Notes: generated from the sequence alone by a model not told the origin. DNA of 64,000 bases from an uncultured Clostridia bacterium (GCA_964441745.1 CAYTYR010000010.1:11464-75463); one strand, 5' to 3'. Counted from the first letter of the stretch, positions 38,749 through 47,544 are shown. Numbers and translations are program-made.

Positions 38749-38931
38749 TTAATGCAGGACTTCGTTTCTTTCTTTGGCCATCACACCCTTATACAGATGC
38801 GGACAAAGTTCATATAATTTCTGGTAAGCCTCGTCTAATTCGACATACAAATTTTCTTGTTCCGACTGGCTTCTCTCCAACTCTTCTTCAAGTTCCTGGA
38901 TCTTATTTTCCAAAATCCTGGACGTTTTAAT
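38749..38931 (-). CDS. Possible small acidic coiled-coil protein (non-ATG start)
   Basis: Open frame IKTSRILENKIQELEEELERSQSEQENLYVELDEAYQKLYELCPHLYKGVMAKERNEVLH*. GGAGG lies 6 nt before an ATT; a TTG alternative is at 38913. Confidence 0.35.
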   Translation of the reverse strand: MKTSRILENKIQELEEELERSQSEQENLYVELDEAYQKLYELCPHLYKGVMAKERNEVLH

Positions 38932-39110
38932 TTTCGTCCTCCGATCTGCTATGAGTTTTTCACTCGCGGCAATTTAAAACCTTTGATAATGCTATATTAA
39001 TACGATACTATTAATTAGTCAAGAAAAAAAATAAACAACACTACATCTAGTTTAAACCCGAACTGTACCCGCAATATTTAGCGGTAAAAGTTTTAATAAT
39101 CAATTTTAAT

Positions 39111-39950
39111 TTATTTCATTGCTTTCAATCGTTTATCTGCTTCTTTGGCCCAGGGGCTCTTGGCATATTTTTCCACAATTAGCTGATACTTTTCCTTGGC
39201 TTTGGCCTGGTCCTTCAGTTTGACATCATATGTCGCGCCCATGGTCATCAGCCATACCGGCGACTCCGGGGACTTGGGATATTTAGTCAGCATGGTGTTC
39301 AATATTGACACCAGGTCAGCCCAATCACCCATACGCATATATACTTCAGCCAGCAGATTGCCGGCGCTATACTCTGACTGCGGTATAGCGCTGGCGCCGG
39401 CCATCACTTTCTTGTAATCCTGGATCGCCTGTTGATAAGCAATAGCGGCATTTGCTTTGTCTTTTTTACTCAAATAATAATTCAGCATAAACGCCGGTAT
39501 TTGCAGGCCGGCTTTAGTATCAGGATACTTCTCAAACGCTTCCCTGAATTTTTTGGAAGCTGTGCCCCAGTCATTCATTTGCTGATAGCAGGAAGCTATG
39601 GAGATGAGCGCCTTGGCCTGCAAGTCCTTGTTATCCTTATATAATGACTGGACCTGCTGGTAACTACTTATCGCTTCCTTGAATTTTCCCTGGACGATGA
39701 ACAAATTAGCTGTTAACAAATGCGCTTCTACCGCCTGCGGCGACTGCGGGTATTTGGTAATGATGTCATTAAAATCAGCCTTCGCCTTTTCAAACTTGAA
39801 CGGCGGAATATTCTTGGGGTCCTTAAAAATATCCTCGCTGTATTTAGCTGCCCAGTAAAAAGCTTTTTCCGCTTTATACTGCTGTGAACACCCGGTTAAT
39901 ACAAAGGATAAAAGTATTACTATTAATAAATATTTACAATTTTTCTTCAT
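39111..39950 (-). CDS. TPR-repeat lipoprotein (BamD/YbgF-like repeats)
   Basis: Lipobox LTGC and repeated ...YP.SP.A TPR caps. Confidence 0.8.
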   Translation of the reverse strand: MKKNCKYLLIVILLSFVLTGCSQQYKAEKAFYWAAKYSEDIFKDPKNIPPFKFEKAKADFNDIITKYPQSPQAVEAHLLTANLFIVQGKFKEAISSYQQVQSLYKDNKDLQAKALISIASCYQQMNDWGTASKKFREAFEKYPDTKAGLQIPAFMLNYYLSKKDKANAAIAYQQAIQDYKKVMAGASAIPQSEYSAGNLLAEVYMRMGDWADLVSILNTMLTKYPKSPESPVWLMTMGATYDVKLKDQAKAKEKYQLIVEKYAKSPWAKEADKRLKAMK

Positions 39951-39984
39951 ATTCCCTACAATCTCTCTTTAAAATCTGTGCGAA

Positions 39985-40024
39985 GTCCCCCCTGCCAGTT
40001 TCGCATCGCGAAACTAGGGGGGAT
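39985..40024. repeat. REP-like ~40 bp hairpin, copy 3 of 3
   Basis: gtcccccctgccagtttcgc...gcgaaactaggggggat. Confidence 0.8.
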
Positions 40025-40026
40025 AA

Positions 40027-40902
40027 TCATGTACTTTTAGTCTCTCTCACATTTAGATACAAAATAGTAGAAGATACAGCCACTATCGTATTCACTAAAA
40101 AAGCCAGTAATATTCCAAAGATGGTAATGACCAGGCTGATCTCGGGGAAATACATATCCATTAATCTGGGAATAAATACTTTCAAGACCACCGCCGCCAG
40201 ATAGAATACCACCGGGACCAGCACCAGTAGCACAGAAGTGACAAAATAACGGAATACGGTTTTAATGGATGCGGCGGCCGACCGCCAAAAACCTATATTT
40301 TCGATAATGATCAATACCGGGACATACATCAAAAGGGTTTCTATGCCGACGCTAAATAATATGTTAAATACCGCCAGCCCCACTCCCCATTTGATCTGGC
40401 CCATTTTCAGGAAATACCCTTTACCGGCTACTAATCTGTCTTTGATAAAGATCCCTGAAAAATGCTCCACCAGATAGATTATGATAAAAGTCACCAGGGT
40501 ATAGGCCAACAACGGCAAATACCGGTTAAACGCGATTTTAAAGTTCTTGCCAAAACGCAGGCTCATGCCCTTGGCTTCCTGGTTATACATAGAGATGGCA
40601 ATACCAGTCAACAGCGAGCCGAAGATCACCCCGGCAATGATCTGCCAGATGCGGAATATTTGCGGCAAAGCCAGTAAATGGCCGGGATAATGCAGTGCCG
40701 CTTCTCCATAAAAAGCCCTGATTGGCTGGGCCAGGACCAGGCTCACCGGCCACTGGGGTGAGTAAAAGAGCAGAGCTAATCCAGCCATTTCAATAAATGC
40801 CAAATACAGAAAAGGCTTAAATAAGCTTGGGTGCTTCCGCAGGTTCTGGAAAGTCGCTCTCACCACTGAACTGTAAATTTTCATGCTTTTTATTATCGGC
40901 AT
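40027..40902 (-). CDS. Polytopic membrane protein of unknown function
   Basis: About six hydrophobic segments. Confidence 0.75.
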   Translation of the reverse strand: MPIIKSMKIYSSVVRATFQNLRKHPSLFKPFLYLAFIEMAGLALLFYSPQWPVSLVLAQPIRAFYGEAALHYPGHLLALPQIFRIWQIIAGVIFGSLLTGIAISMYNQEAKGMSLRFGKNFKIAFNRYLPLLAYTLVTFIIIYLVEHFSGIFIKDRLVAGKGYFLKMGQIKWGVGLAVFNILFSVGIETLLMYVPVLIIIENIGFWRSAAASIKTVFRYFVTSVLLVLVPVVFYLAAVVLKVFIPRLMDMYFPEISLVITIFGILLAFLVNTIVAVSSTILYLNVRETKST

Positions 40903-40908
40903 ATTGTT

Positions 40909-40937
40909 ATTATACCCTATTTGGCGTAATCTGTCAA
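40909..40937 (-). promoter_or_regulatory. Perfect consensus sigma70 promoter
   Basis: TTGACA-17 bp-TATAAT. Confidence 0.8.
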
Positions 40938-40943
40938 ATATAA

Positions 40944-40969
40944 AAGGCAGAGAGTTTCCCCTCTGCCTT
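40944..40969 (-). terminator. Terminator after the PEP-CTERM array
   Basis: AAGGCAGAG-loop-CTCTGCCTT followed by TT. Confidence 0.6.
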
Positions 40970-41061
40970 TATATTCATACTATTTGCTTTTCCTGATATC
41001 CTGTTATCCTGATATTCTCTTCCTAATATCCTGATCACCTGATACCCTTTACTATTATTAT

Positions 41062-41643
41062 CTATTTCTTCCCAAACCTTACCTTACCATAACCTACCAA
41101 ACCTACCAATCCACTGCCTAACAGCATCATACTGCCTGGTTCAGGTATCGGAGACATTCCATTATCAACAACGAGATTATCAATCCCGATGTCAAACATG
41201 CCATGGTCAGAGAATGTAAACGTTGTTGCGGGAGAAGCCAATAATATATTTCCGCTACTCCCCTTAGCCAACCATTGATTATAGTTCGCCGAAAAGATTT
41301 GGACACCATCTGCTTTAGCAATAAAGTCAGATCCAGTTGTAGGGTAAAAAACTCCCCAGTCAAATGACAGCGACTGGATTGGTGTTGCAAAAGCTATTGA
41401 AAAATATCCACTTGGTGCCAAGTTCATTATGTAATTATTACCGCCAAGGCCACCTACAACCGCGGTTGTTACGGTTATATCGGATCCGTATAAACCTTCC
41501 ATGTAAGTTTCAATTGCGTTTGACCCTTGCAACAAACTGAGAGCATCAAAATTAAATGTTACCGGGATTGCATATAGAGTCCCAACACAAAATAGTGAAA
41601 CTAATAATAGAAACATTACTGCTATCTTTTTCATCTTTTTCAT
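41062..41643 (-). CDS. PEP-CTERM sorting-domain protein 1
   Basis: Signal peptide and C-terminal PIPEPGSMMLLGSGLVGLVGYGKVRFGKK. Start moved to MKKMKK after a GAGGTG RBS. Confidence 0.92.
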   Translation of the reverse strand: MKKMKKIAVMFLLLVSLFCVGTLYAIPVTFNFDALSLLQGSNAIETYMEGLYGSDITVTTAVVGGLGGNNYIMNLAPSGYFSIAFATPIQSLSFDWGVFYPTTGSDFIAKADGVQIFSANYNQWLAKGSSGNILLASPATTFTFSDHGMFDIGIDNLVVDNGMSPIPEPGSMMLLGSGLVGLVGYGKVRFGKK

Positions 41644-41689
41644 CTTTTTCACCTCGCTTCCTTTCTCACTTTTGTTTGGCAAATAGTGA

Positions 41690-42340
41690 TTATTTTGATT
41701 TCCCAAATCTATACTTGCCATAACCGATCATTCCCAACAATCCACTGCCTAACAGCATCATACTGCCTGGTTCAGGTATCGGGCTAACATTCATAGTTCC
41801 TTTTAAAATAGTAGTATCATAATAGTCTGTCCCGGCAGGAGAAACTCCAAAATATAAAAAGTCATTTGCATTCATGTCAATATTGGCGACATTAAAAGCG
41901 GCTCCATTTAAATTGCTAATATTAGTGCTCCAAAGCAAGGATCCATTCTTCTTTACAAATACATTGATCAAGCCGCCGCCTAACGCCTGGAATTCCCCGG
42001 TGAGATTAAAAATTGAAGCTTCTGAGGCCTTATAACCCAGTACCGCATATTCTGTGCCATATATCGAACCCACATTACTGGCCGGATGCATAGCGATCCA
42101 GGGAGAAGTGCTCCTACTGATTAAAGGTATTGAATATGACTGCCCCGGGGTACTGAAAGCATAAGACCCGGTATCAGCCAGCTGCCGGTAGCTGTTAGTA
42201 TTAGGATTATACGCATAGGCCCAGAAATTATTCTGTCCCTGAGTATCAGGGAAGCCACTCCAGAGATCAACAGTTATAGCAAATGCGCTCTGCACCGCGC
42301 ATAGCGTAAGAAAAATCGCAACTAATACTATCTTTTTCAT
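41690..42340 (-). CDS. PEP-CTERM sorting-domain protein 2
   Basis: Signal peptide; PIPEPGSMMLLGSGLLGMIGYGKYRFGKSK. Confidence 0.93.
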   Translation of the reverse strand: MKKIVLVAIFLTLCAVQSAFAITVDLWSGFPDTQGQNNFWAYAYNPNTNSYRQLADTGSYAFSTPGQSYSIPLISRSTSPWIAMHPASNVGSIYGTEYAVLGYKASEASIFNLTGEFQALGGGLINVFVKKNGSLLWSTNISNLNGAAFNVANIDMNANDFLYFGVSPAGTDYYDTTILKGTMNVSPIPEPGSMMLLGSGLLGMIGYGKYRFGKSK

Positions 42341-42432
42341 CTTCTTCTCCTTCTCCTTCTAAATTCGATTACACAGATTTTCAAAAGAGATTACACCGAT
42401 TAGATCAACCGCGAACTGTTGACTGCGGACCG

Positions 42433-43140
42433 TTAACTTCTTTTCCTGCGTAATCCCACCAGCCCTACCAGTCCCGTTCCTAACAGCATCAGTGTCCCCG
42501 GTTCCGGTACAGGGCGACACACCCTATAACCATCTATATTTCCCGGTAAACCGCCACCAGCATCGCGTTTATCCCAGAAAGGTTCTCCGTTATCCTTACC
42601 ACCCCAAAAATCTATGTCCCAGGTAGCTGGACCTGCTGCTTGCTTGTTATAACGCGAGCCATCCAGTAAGAACCGCCAACAGCCATCCCAAATAGAATCA
42701 GACGCAAAAGAAAAACTAAATAAAGCGCTATCAGCCACGTTAACCGTAGTATCGCCAAAATAACTCATTAAGTAATCTGATAACGGGTCTGGCTGGTCAC
42801 TGATCATATGCAGTGGATGAGACGGATTCCCGGGTATCTCTGCTCCCGGCGCTGCCCTAAAGCAAGCGCCATTCGTGTCCACAAATTCAGAATCATGGGT
42901 CACATACCACTCATCCTGATTAGTTGATAAACCAGTGATCGTGTAAGACGGCAAGATAGGATAAGCTACCAGCGCCCAAATGCCCCAGGCATGTTCATTA
43001 TTGCTTAAAGAATCAGTTAAATAGTTCTTAATATCTCCAGCGGTAAAATCAACAGTATAACTATAAGCCTGAACTGAACCAGCATAGACCGAGACTAAAG
43101 CAACAAAAACTGTCATTGCTAAAAGTAATCTCTTAATCAT
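42433..43140 (-). CDS. PEP-CTERM sorting-domain protein 3
   Basis: Signal peptide; PVPEPGTLMLLGTGLVGLVGLRRKRS (canonical tail). Confidence 0.93.
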   Translation of the reverse strand: MIKRLLLAMTVFVALVSVYAGSVQAYSYTVDFTAGDIKNYLTDSLSNNEHAWGIWALVAYPILPSYTITGLSTNQDEWYVTHDSEFVDTNGACFRAAPGAEIPGNPSHPLHMISDQPDPLSDYLMSYFGDTTVNVADSALFSFSFASDSIWDGCWRFLLDGSRYNKQAAGPATWDIDFWGGKDNGEPFWDKRDAGGGLPGNIDGYRVCRPVPEPGTLMLLGTGLVGLVGLRRKRS

Positions 43141-43168
43141 TTGTAACTCCTGACCCGGCCTGATCTAA

Positions 43169-43984
43169 TTAAACTTTCTTGCCGAATCTCCTCTTGCCGT
43201 AACCGATCATTCCCAACAATCCACTGCCTAACAGCATCAGTGTCCCTGGTTCCGGTATCGGGTTTACATCAGCCGGCAGGTTCAATACATCATTGCCGCA
43301 CTCCATCGTCCAATGCACGTTTAGGTTTTGGGAAGAATTGTTGTTCAACCCAAGGGCGCTCAACGGAATCCCTGCTTCCAATACATAATGGGTATTCTGT
43401 TCTCCGCTATACACAAAATCCACCCAGTCAAAGGTAGATCCCGAGCTTATCCGCCAGGGATTAGAAGCAGCAAACCCGGAATAGTACACATTCTGCCAGT
43501 TGGCCAAAGTCAGGTTCTTATATAATTTAGCTCTTTTATTCACCGCGTCATATTCCCGCACATCTATACCATATTCATATATACCGTCATTATTCAAATC
43601 CAAGCCGATATCTCCGGTATTGAACCAGGGATTACCAGGAGCTGTGGCCCCACCTATCGGGAAACCAGTGATAACCGCCAGATATACATTAGTAGAAGTA
43701 TTATCAAAGTAAATGGCTTCAGTGTCAAACTGATTGCCGGAATAGGAATATCCCGGCCCTACATACTGCCAGGCAGTCTGCGGTCCGGCATTGTCTTCGG
43801 TGATCACATCAATATCCAAGCCACCGGAAGGCAAATTAGTATTCAGATACCCCAGAGCCGAGGCGCCGGCTATAGCCAGGTTCACATTCCAGTCACTAAC
43901 TGAGCCATCTACTACGTATGCCTGCGCTAAGCTAGACACTAGAAGAGTTAATCCAACCACTAAAGTGCATACTATTCTCTTCAT
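43169..43984 (-). CDS. PEP-CTERM sorting-domain protein 4
   Basis: Signal peptide; HWTMECGND motif; PIPEPGTLMLLGSGLLGMIGYGKRRFGKKV. Confidence 0.93.
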   Translation of the reverse strand: MKRIVCTLVVGLTLLVSSLAQAYVVDGSVSDWNVNLAIAGASALGYLNTNLPSGGLDIDVITEDNAGPQTAWQYVGPGYSYSGNQFDTEAIYFDNTSTNVYLAVITGFPIGGATAPGNPWFNTGDIGLDLNNDGIYEYGIDVREYDAVNKRAKLYKNLTLANWQNVYYSGFAASNPWRISSGSTFDWVDFVYSGEQNTHYVLEAGIPLSALGLNNNSSQNLNVHWTMECGNDVLNLPADVNPIPEPGTLMLLGSGLLGMIGYGKRRFGKKV

Positions 43985-44138
43985 TTTACTATCTCCTTTT
44001 TTTTAAATTTTAGTTGCCTTTATAACCACAAAAAACCGCAGAGAGTTTTGCCGCTCTCAGCAGCTCAAAATAGACAATGTTAAAATGATTGTTACAACAT
44101 TACTCAAGTGATTACTCATACTTTTTGAATTTCCTGCA

Positions 44139-44166
44139 CGGTATCAGGGGAATCCCCCTGATACCG
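44139..44166. terminator. Strong GC hairpin after PEP-CTERM protein 5
   Basis: cggtatcagggg-aatc-ccctgataccg. Confidence 0.5.
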
Positions 44167-44202
44167 CACAGACTGATCTAATTCATGCGCATTAACTAAA
44201 TC

Positions 44203-44955
44203 TTATGCTTTCTTTCCAAATCTTACTTTGCCATAACCGATCATCCCCAACAACCCTGTACCTAACAGCATCATACTGCCTGGTTCAGGCACTGGAGATA
44301 CCTTTGTTTCAAAGGTATAATCATCTTTAGGCATTGGTACATCCTGTCCGATCATTAAACCAATATTTGTGACATGAGCCAAGTTGAGACCTGTAATCGA
44401 AGAAAGATTTACCAGCTCTCCATTATAGGTACCGCCCCAAACATAAGCATTGGCAAAGTCCAGCATTATCGTGCTTGAACTGGCGACAGGAACCGTTGTC
44501 CACGTATTCTGGACAAAATAGTTGCTTTCACCGGAATCTGTATAACCTACATTGAAGTAAAGATTATACTTCCAAGCATTCTCATTGACATTTTCAACAT
44601 TTAAAGCATAAGAATCAAATCCTACTAAACTGCCCAATCCTAAGCTTACGTTTGTAGGTGCAGTTCCAGCGGCTCCACCAAATGGTTGACCCCAGAAATT
44701 TGCGCCTATCTGTATTGATCCCCATACAGGGCCAGCATCGTTAGTCCTAATATTGCCAGTGTATTTTGCACCATTTGATAATACTTGAACTGGATTCAAA
44801 TAAGTACCAGCACTGCTAGGATTTTCATAGACCTCATATAGCGCAGCTAACTGCGTTGGGTTCAAAGTAAACGTCAATGCCATAGCAGCTTCTGAAAACG
44901 CCATTAATCCTATCACTAAAACAAGTGATATAATTACTTTTTTCATTATTTTCAC
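44203..44955 (-). CDS. PEP-CTERM sorting-domain protein 5
   Basis: Signal peptide; PVPEPGSMMLLGTGLLGMIGYGKVRFGKKA. Confidence 0.93.
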   Translation of the reverse strand: MKIMKKVIISLVLVIGLMAFSEAAMALTFTLNPTQLAALYEVYENPSSAGTYLNPVQVLSNGAKYTGNIRTNDAGPVWGSIQIGANFWGQPFGGAAGTAPTNVSLGLGSLVGFDSYALNVENVNENAWKYNLYFNVGYTDSGESNYFVQNTWTTVPVASSSTIMLDFANAYVWGGTYNGELVNLSSITGLNLAHVTNIGLMIGQDVPMPKDDYTFETKVSPVPEPGSMMLLGTGLLGMIGYGKVRFGKKA

Positions 44956-45172
44956 CCCCTCCCTTTACTTACATTTGCTTTATGCAATATGTAGTTAATA
45001 TTATATCTTAAACCTTAACTCACCTGTCCCCGCGGCTTTGATTTGTCTCTTAAGACAAATCAGCAGGGGAAAACTTAAAATTCAAAACTCAAACTGCACT
45101 TTGCTCTTACGACCAACTACTCACCACGAATGTCTTTTCGCCTTTCTATCCGCTACACGCTATACGCTATTT

Positions 45173-46081
45173 TTACCGTGCGCCCTTCCCGGTCAGCATC
45201 ACCACAAAGGTACCAAAGATGATCCTCAGGTCCATCAGCAGGCACATCTTCCTGATATATAATAGGTCATAGTGGACTTTCTTCTTCACATCACTCAGGG
45301 TAGAATCATAGTGCTGGCGTACCTGCGCCAATCCGGTAATGCCTGGCTTTACTCTCAGCCGCTTATTATATTTTTTGATTGATTTATTCAAGGTAGGAAT
45401 GATCTGGGCCCTTTCCGGCCTTGGCCCGATCATGCTCATATCTCCCATAAGCACATTGACCAACTGTGGCAATTCATCCAAATGGGTCTTTCTTAAGAAC
45501 CTGCCCACAGAAGTGATCCGGGGGTCATTTTCCTGGCACCAGACAGCGCCGGTTTCTTGCTCTGCATCTATTTTCATAGTCCTGAACTTATACATGGTAA
45601 AAGAGCGCCCAAAGCTTGGCCCAGCCCGGCGGTCAGTGCCCCGGCTCGCTCTGCGTCTCTCGCTATAGCGCTTGTTTTCTCCTACTCGTTCCTGATTGAA
45701 GAATACTGGCCCTTTGGAAGTTAATTTTATAGCAATTGCTATGACTATCCACAAAGGAGCTGTCACGATCATAGCTAATCCAGCCATCACTATATCCATA
45801 CCTCTTTTGATCTGCCGGAAGAATCTCCTGAAACTGGTCGCTAGCAGTCCAAATATGCCACTGCCAAACAATACCATCGTACCAGGTTCTGGAAGGTGGG
45901 CTACTTCAGCCGATAGGTTCTGGACATAAATTTCGCGCTCCAAATCCAAATTCTGTTTGTTGGTATTACCTGCGGTATTAATACTCAAGTCACTCGGTAA
46001 TCCATCTATTACATAAGCCTGCGCCAAGACGGATAATAGAAGAGTCAAGCTGAACACTAAGTAAAATACTATTCTCTTCAT
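45173..46081 (-). CDS. Fusion of signal peptide, PEP-CTERM module and bacterial sugar transferase (priming phosphoglycosyltransferase) domain
   Basis: MKRIVF...AQA signal, LPEPGTMVLFGSGIFGLL+RR, then KRGMDI, YKFRTM, DPRIT.VGRFLRK.HLDELPQL.NVL.GDMS.IGPRPE, VKPGITGLAQV. Confidence 0.92.
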   Translation of the reverse strand: MKRIVFYLVFSLTLLLSVLAQAYVIDGLPSDLSINTAGNTNKQNLDLEREIYVQNLSAEVAHLPEPGTMVLFGSGIFGLLATSFRRFFRQIKRGMDIVMAGLAMIVTAPLWIVIAIAIKLTSKGPVFFNQERVGENKRYSERRRASRGTDRRAGPSFGRSFTMYKFRTMKIDAEQETGAVWCQENDPRITSVGRFLRKTHLDELPQLVNVLMGDMSMIGPRPERAQIIPTLNKSIKKYNKRLRVKPGITGLAQVRQHYDSTLSDVKKKVHYDLLYIRKMCLLMDLRIIFGTFVVMLTGKGAR

Positions 46082-46162
46082 ATCCCCATCTCCCTTTCTT
46101 TTAGAAACGATCACACAGATTTTAAAAAAGATTACACCGATTAAAGCTAACATAAAAATACA

Positions 46163-46211
46163 TGAGATTAACTAATTGTTCAGTTAATCTCACGGCATCG
46201 TGTCAACTAAC
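46163..46211 (-). promoter_or_regulatory. Operator-like inverted repeat plus a motif shared with the HTH-HD-GYP upstream region
   Basis: TGAGATTAAC-10-GTTAATCTCA; GTTAATCTCACG-N5-GTGTCAACTAAC contains a minus-strand TTGACA. Confidence 0.6.
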
Positions 46212-46352
46212 ATCCCTAATCATCAAACTATATAATAGTTGTTTCTTGATAATTTTTTAGGCTTGTGTTTGTACTTTTCTTATCTCTTACTGCCTCTTGC
46301 CTTTACTACTCTTCCGCACGACGTACGACGCACAACATACGACTGCTTCAGA

Positions 46353-46532
46353 CTATTTCATCTTCTCAGTCAACCAAAGCTTTACCCGAATCCCTTCCTG
46401 TATAGCGATATTAATATCGGCATACTTAAGGGATTTGGCTTTACGATATGCGTGCAATATTTCTACTTCATCTTTGGGAATCCCATTAGACCTGCGTTCC
46501 TGCCTTCTGCGTTCATTGGCAGAGTTCTCCAT
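46353..46532 (-). CDS. Small DUF2292 (YezD)-like protein, 59 aa
   Basis: GGAGG RBS; MENSANERRRQERRS...EILHAYRKAKSLKYADINIAIQEG. Confidence 0.6.
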   Translation of the reverse strand: MENSANERRRQERRSNGIPKDEVEILHAYRKAKSLKYADINIAIQEGIRVKLWLTEKMK

Positions 46533-46643
46533 GACTGGCCTCCATTGATGGTGAGCTTTAACGATCTTAAAATACCACAACACTATGCTTTTGTCAACAT
46601 TTATTTTTAAAAATATTCGATTTTATACGATTTTAACCGATAT

Positions 46644-47438
46644 CTAACATTGTATCATTTCTTTCTTGGCGACATTTTCCAAAACAGCGACCAAGTTTGA
46701 CGCAAACTGGATGTTTTCAAATTTCTTTATCTCGTCGATACTGACCTGTATATTTTCTTTACCTTTGGCTTTATTCTTGTACATGATGACATCAAAAGCT
46801 TCAGCCAGGCCGACTATTTGCGCGTCCAGCGGTATCGCGCCCCCTTTCAACCCTTCCGGGTATCCCATACCGTTGTACCATTCATGGTGATGCTTGATGA
46901 TCGGACTGAAAATTTGCAGGTACTCCACATCCTTAACCATTTCTGAGCCAAATTGCGGGTGCTTTTTTAATTCCTTGTATTCATCACGGGTTAGCTTGTC
47001 AGTCTTGCTCAGTATATCATTGTCCACATTCAATTTACCAATATCATGCAGGAGTCCAGCCATATTTAACAATTCGATTTTGTCATCTTTAAACCCCATC
47101 GCCTGGCCGATCAACCGGCATATCTTGGCCACTCTGGCGCTATGTCCCAGAAACATGGGTATTTCTTTGCCTTCAATGGCGCGGACCATGGCCCTGACGA
47201 TCAAGGCGCTCACATCCATTAATTCTTTCAAGTCATTGCCTTTAAGCTCATCAGCCGCTGTTTCCAGTTTTCTATTTACTTCTGATTCCAGAATACGGTG
47301 ATGCCCGCCTGGCGTTTTAAACGACTTGATCTTACCCTGGTAAATATAATTCTTGACCGTCTGAACGCTGACCTTTAGTATGTTGGCAACTTCCCTGATG
47401 GTTAGAACTCTATGTTCGCGAGGAATGTCTTCGATCAT
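46644..47438 (-). CDS. Excisionase-like HTH (HTH_17/MerR-type) fused to an HD-GYP domain
   Basis: LTIREVANILKVS..TV.NY..QGKI...KTPGGHHRI; GHSARV, HDIGK, HHHEWYNGMGYP. Confidence 0.9.
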   Translation of the reverse strand: MIEDIPREHRVLTIREVANILKVSVQTVKNYIYQGKIKSFKTPGGHHRILESEVNRKLETAADELKGNDLKELMDVSALIVRAMVRAIEGKEIPMFLGHSARVAKICRLIGQAMGFKDDKIELLNMAGLLHDIGKLNVDNDILSKTDKLTRDEYKELKKHPQFGSEMVKDVEYLQIFSPIIKHHHEWYNGMGYPEGLKGGAIPLDAQIVGLAEAFDVIMYKNKAKGKENIQVSIDEIKKFENIQFASNLVAVLENVAKKEMIQC

Positions 47439-47516
47439 AATTCTACCCTTTATATTTGAAGTTCAGAGTTCTATATATGTCTATCAAAACAAAAAAAAAC
47501 GTGAAGAAATGCACTG

Positions 47517-47544
47517 GTTAATCTCACGTTTTGTGTCAACTAAC
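47517..47544 (-). promoter_or_regulatory. Second copy of the GTTAATCTCACG-Nx-GTGTCAACTAAC motif
   Basis: Both 12-mers are identical to those at 46183-46211; the spacer is 4 nt rather than 5. Confidence 0.6.

Noticed and set aside
41644-41721. N-terminal extension and 32-bp overlap of PEP-CTERM genes 1 and 2 as given in the ORF track
   Set aside because: An RBS (GAGGTG) and a signal peptide support the downstream start at 41643. The same reasoning was used to trim dapB, clpP, argD, comEC and the PGT fusion.
44030-44070. Sigma54 promoter upstream of PEP-CTERM gene 4
   Set aside because: The GG to GC spacing is 11 nt rather than the required 10.
45020-45075. c-di-GMP-I riboswitch upstream of PEP-CTERM gene 5
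   Set aside because: Only CAAAGCCGCGGG resembles the consensus; the GNRA tetraloop/receptor arrangement and P1 are not recognisable.
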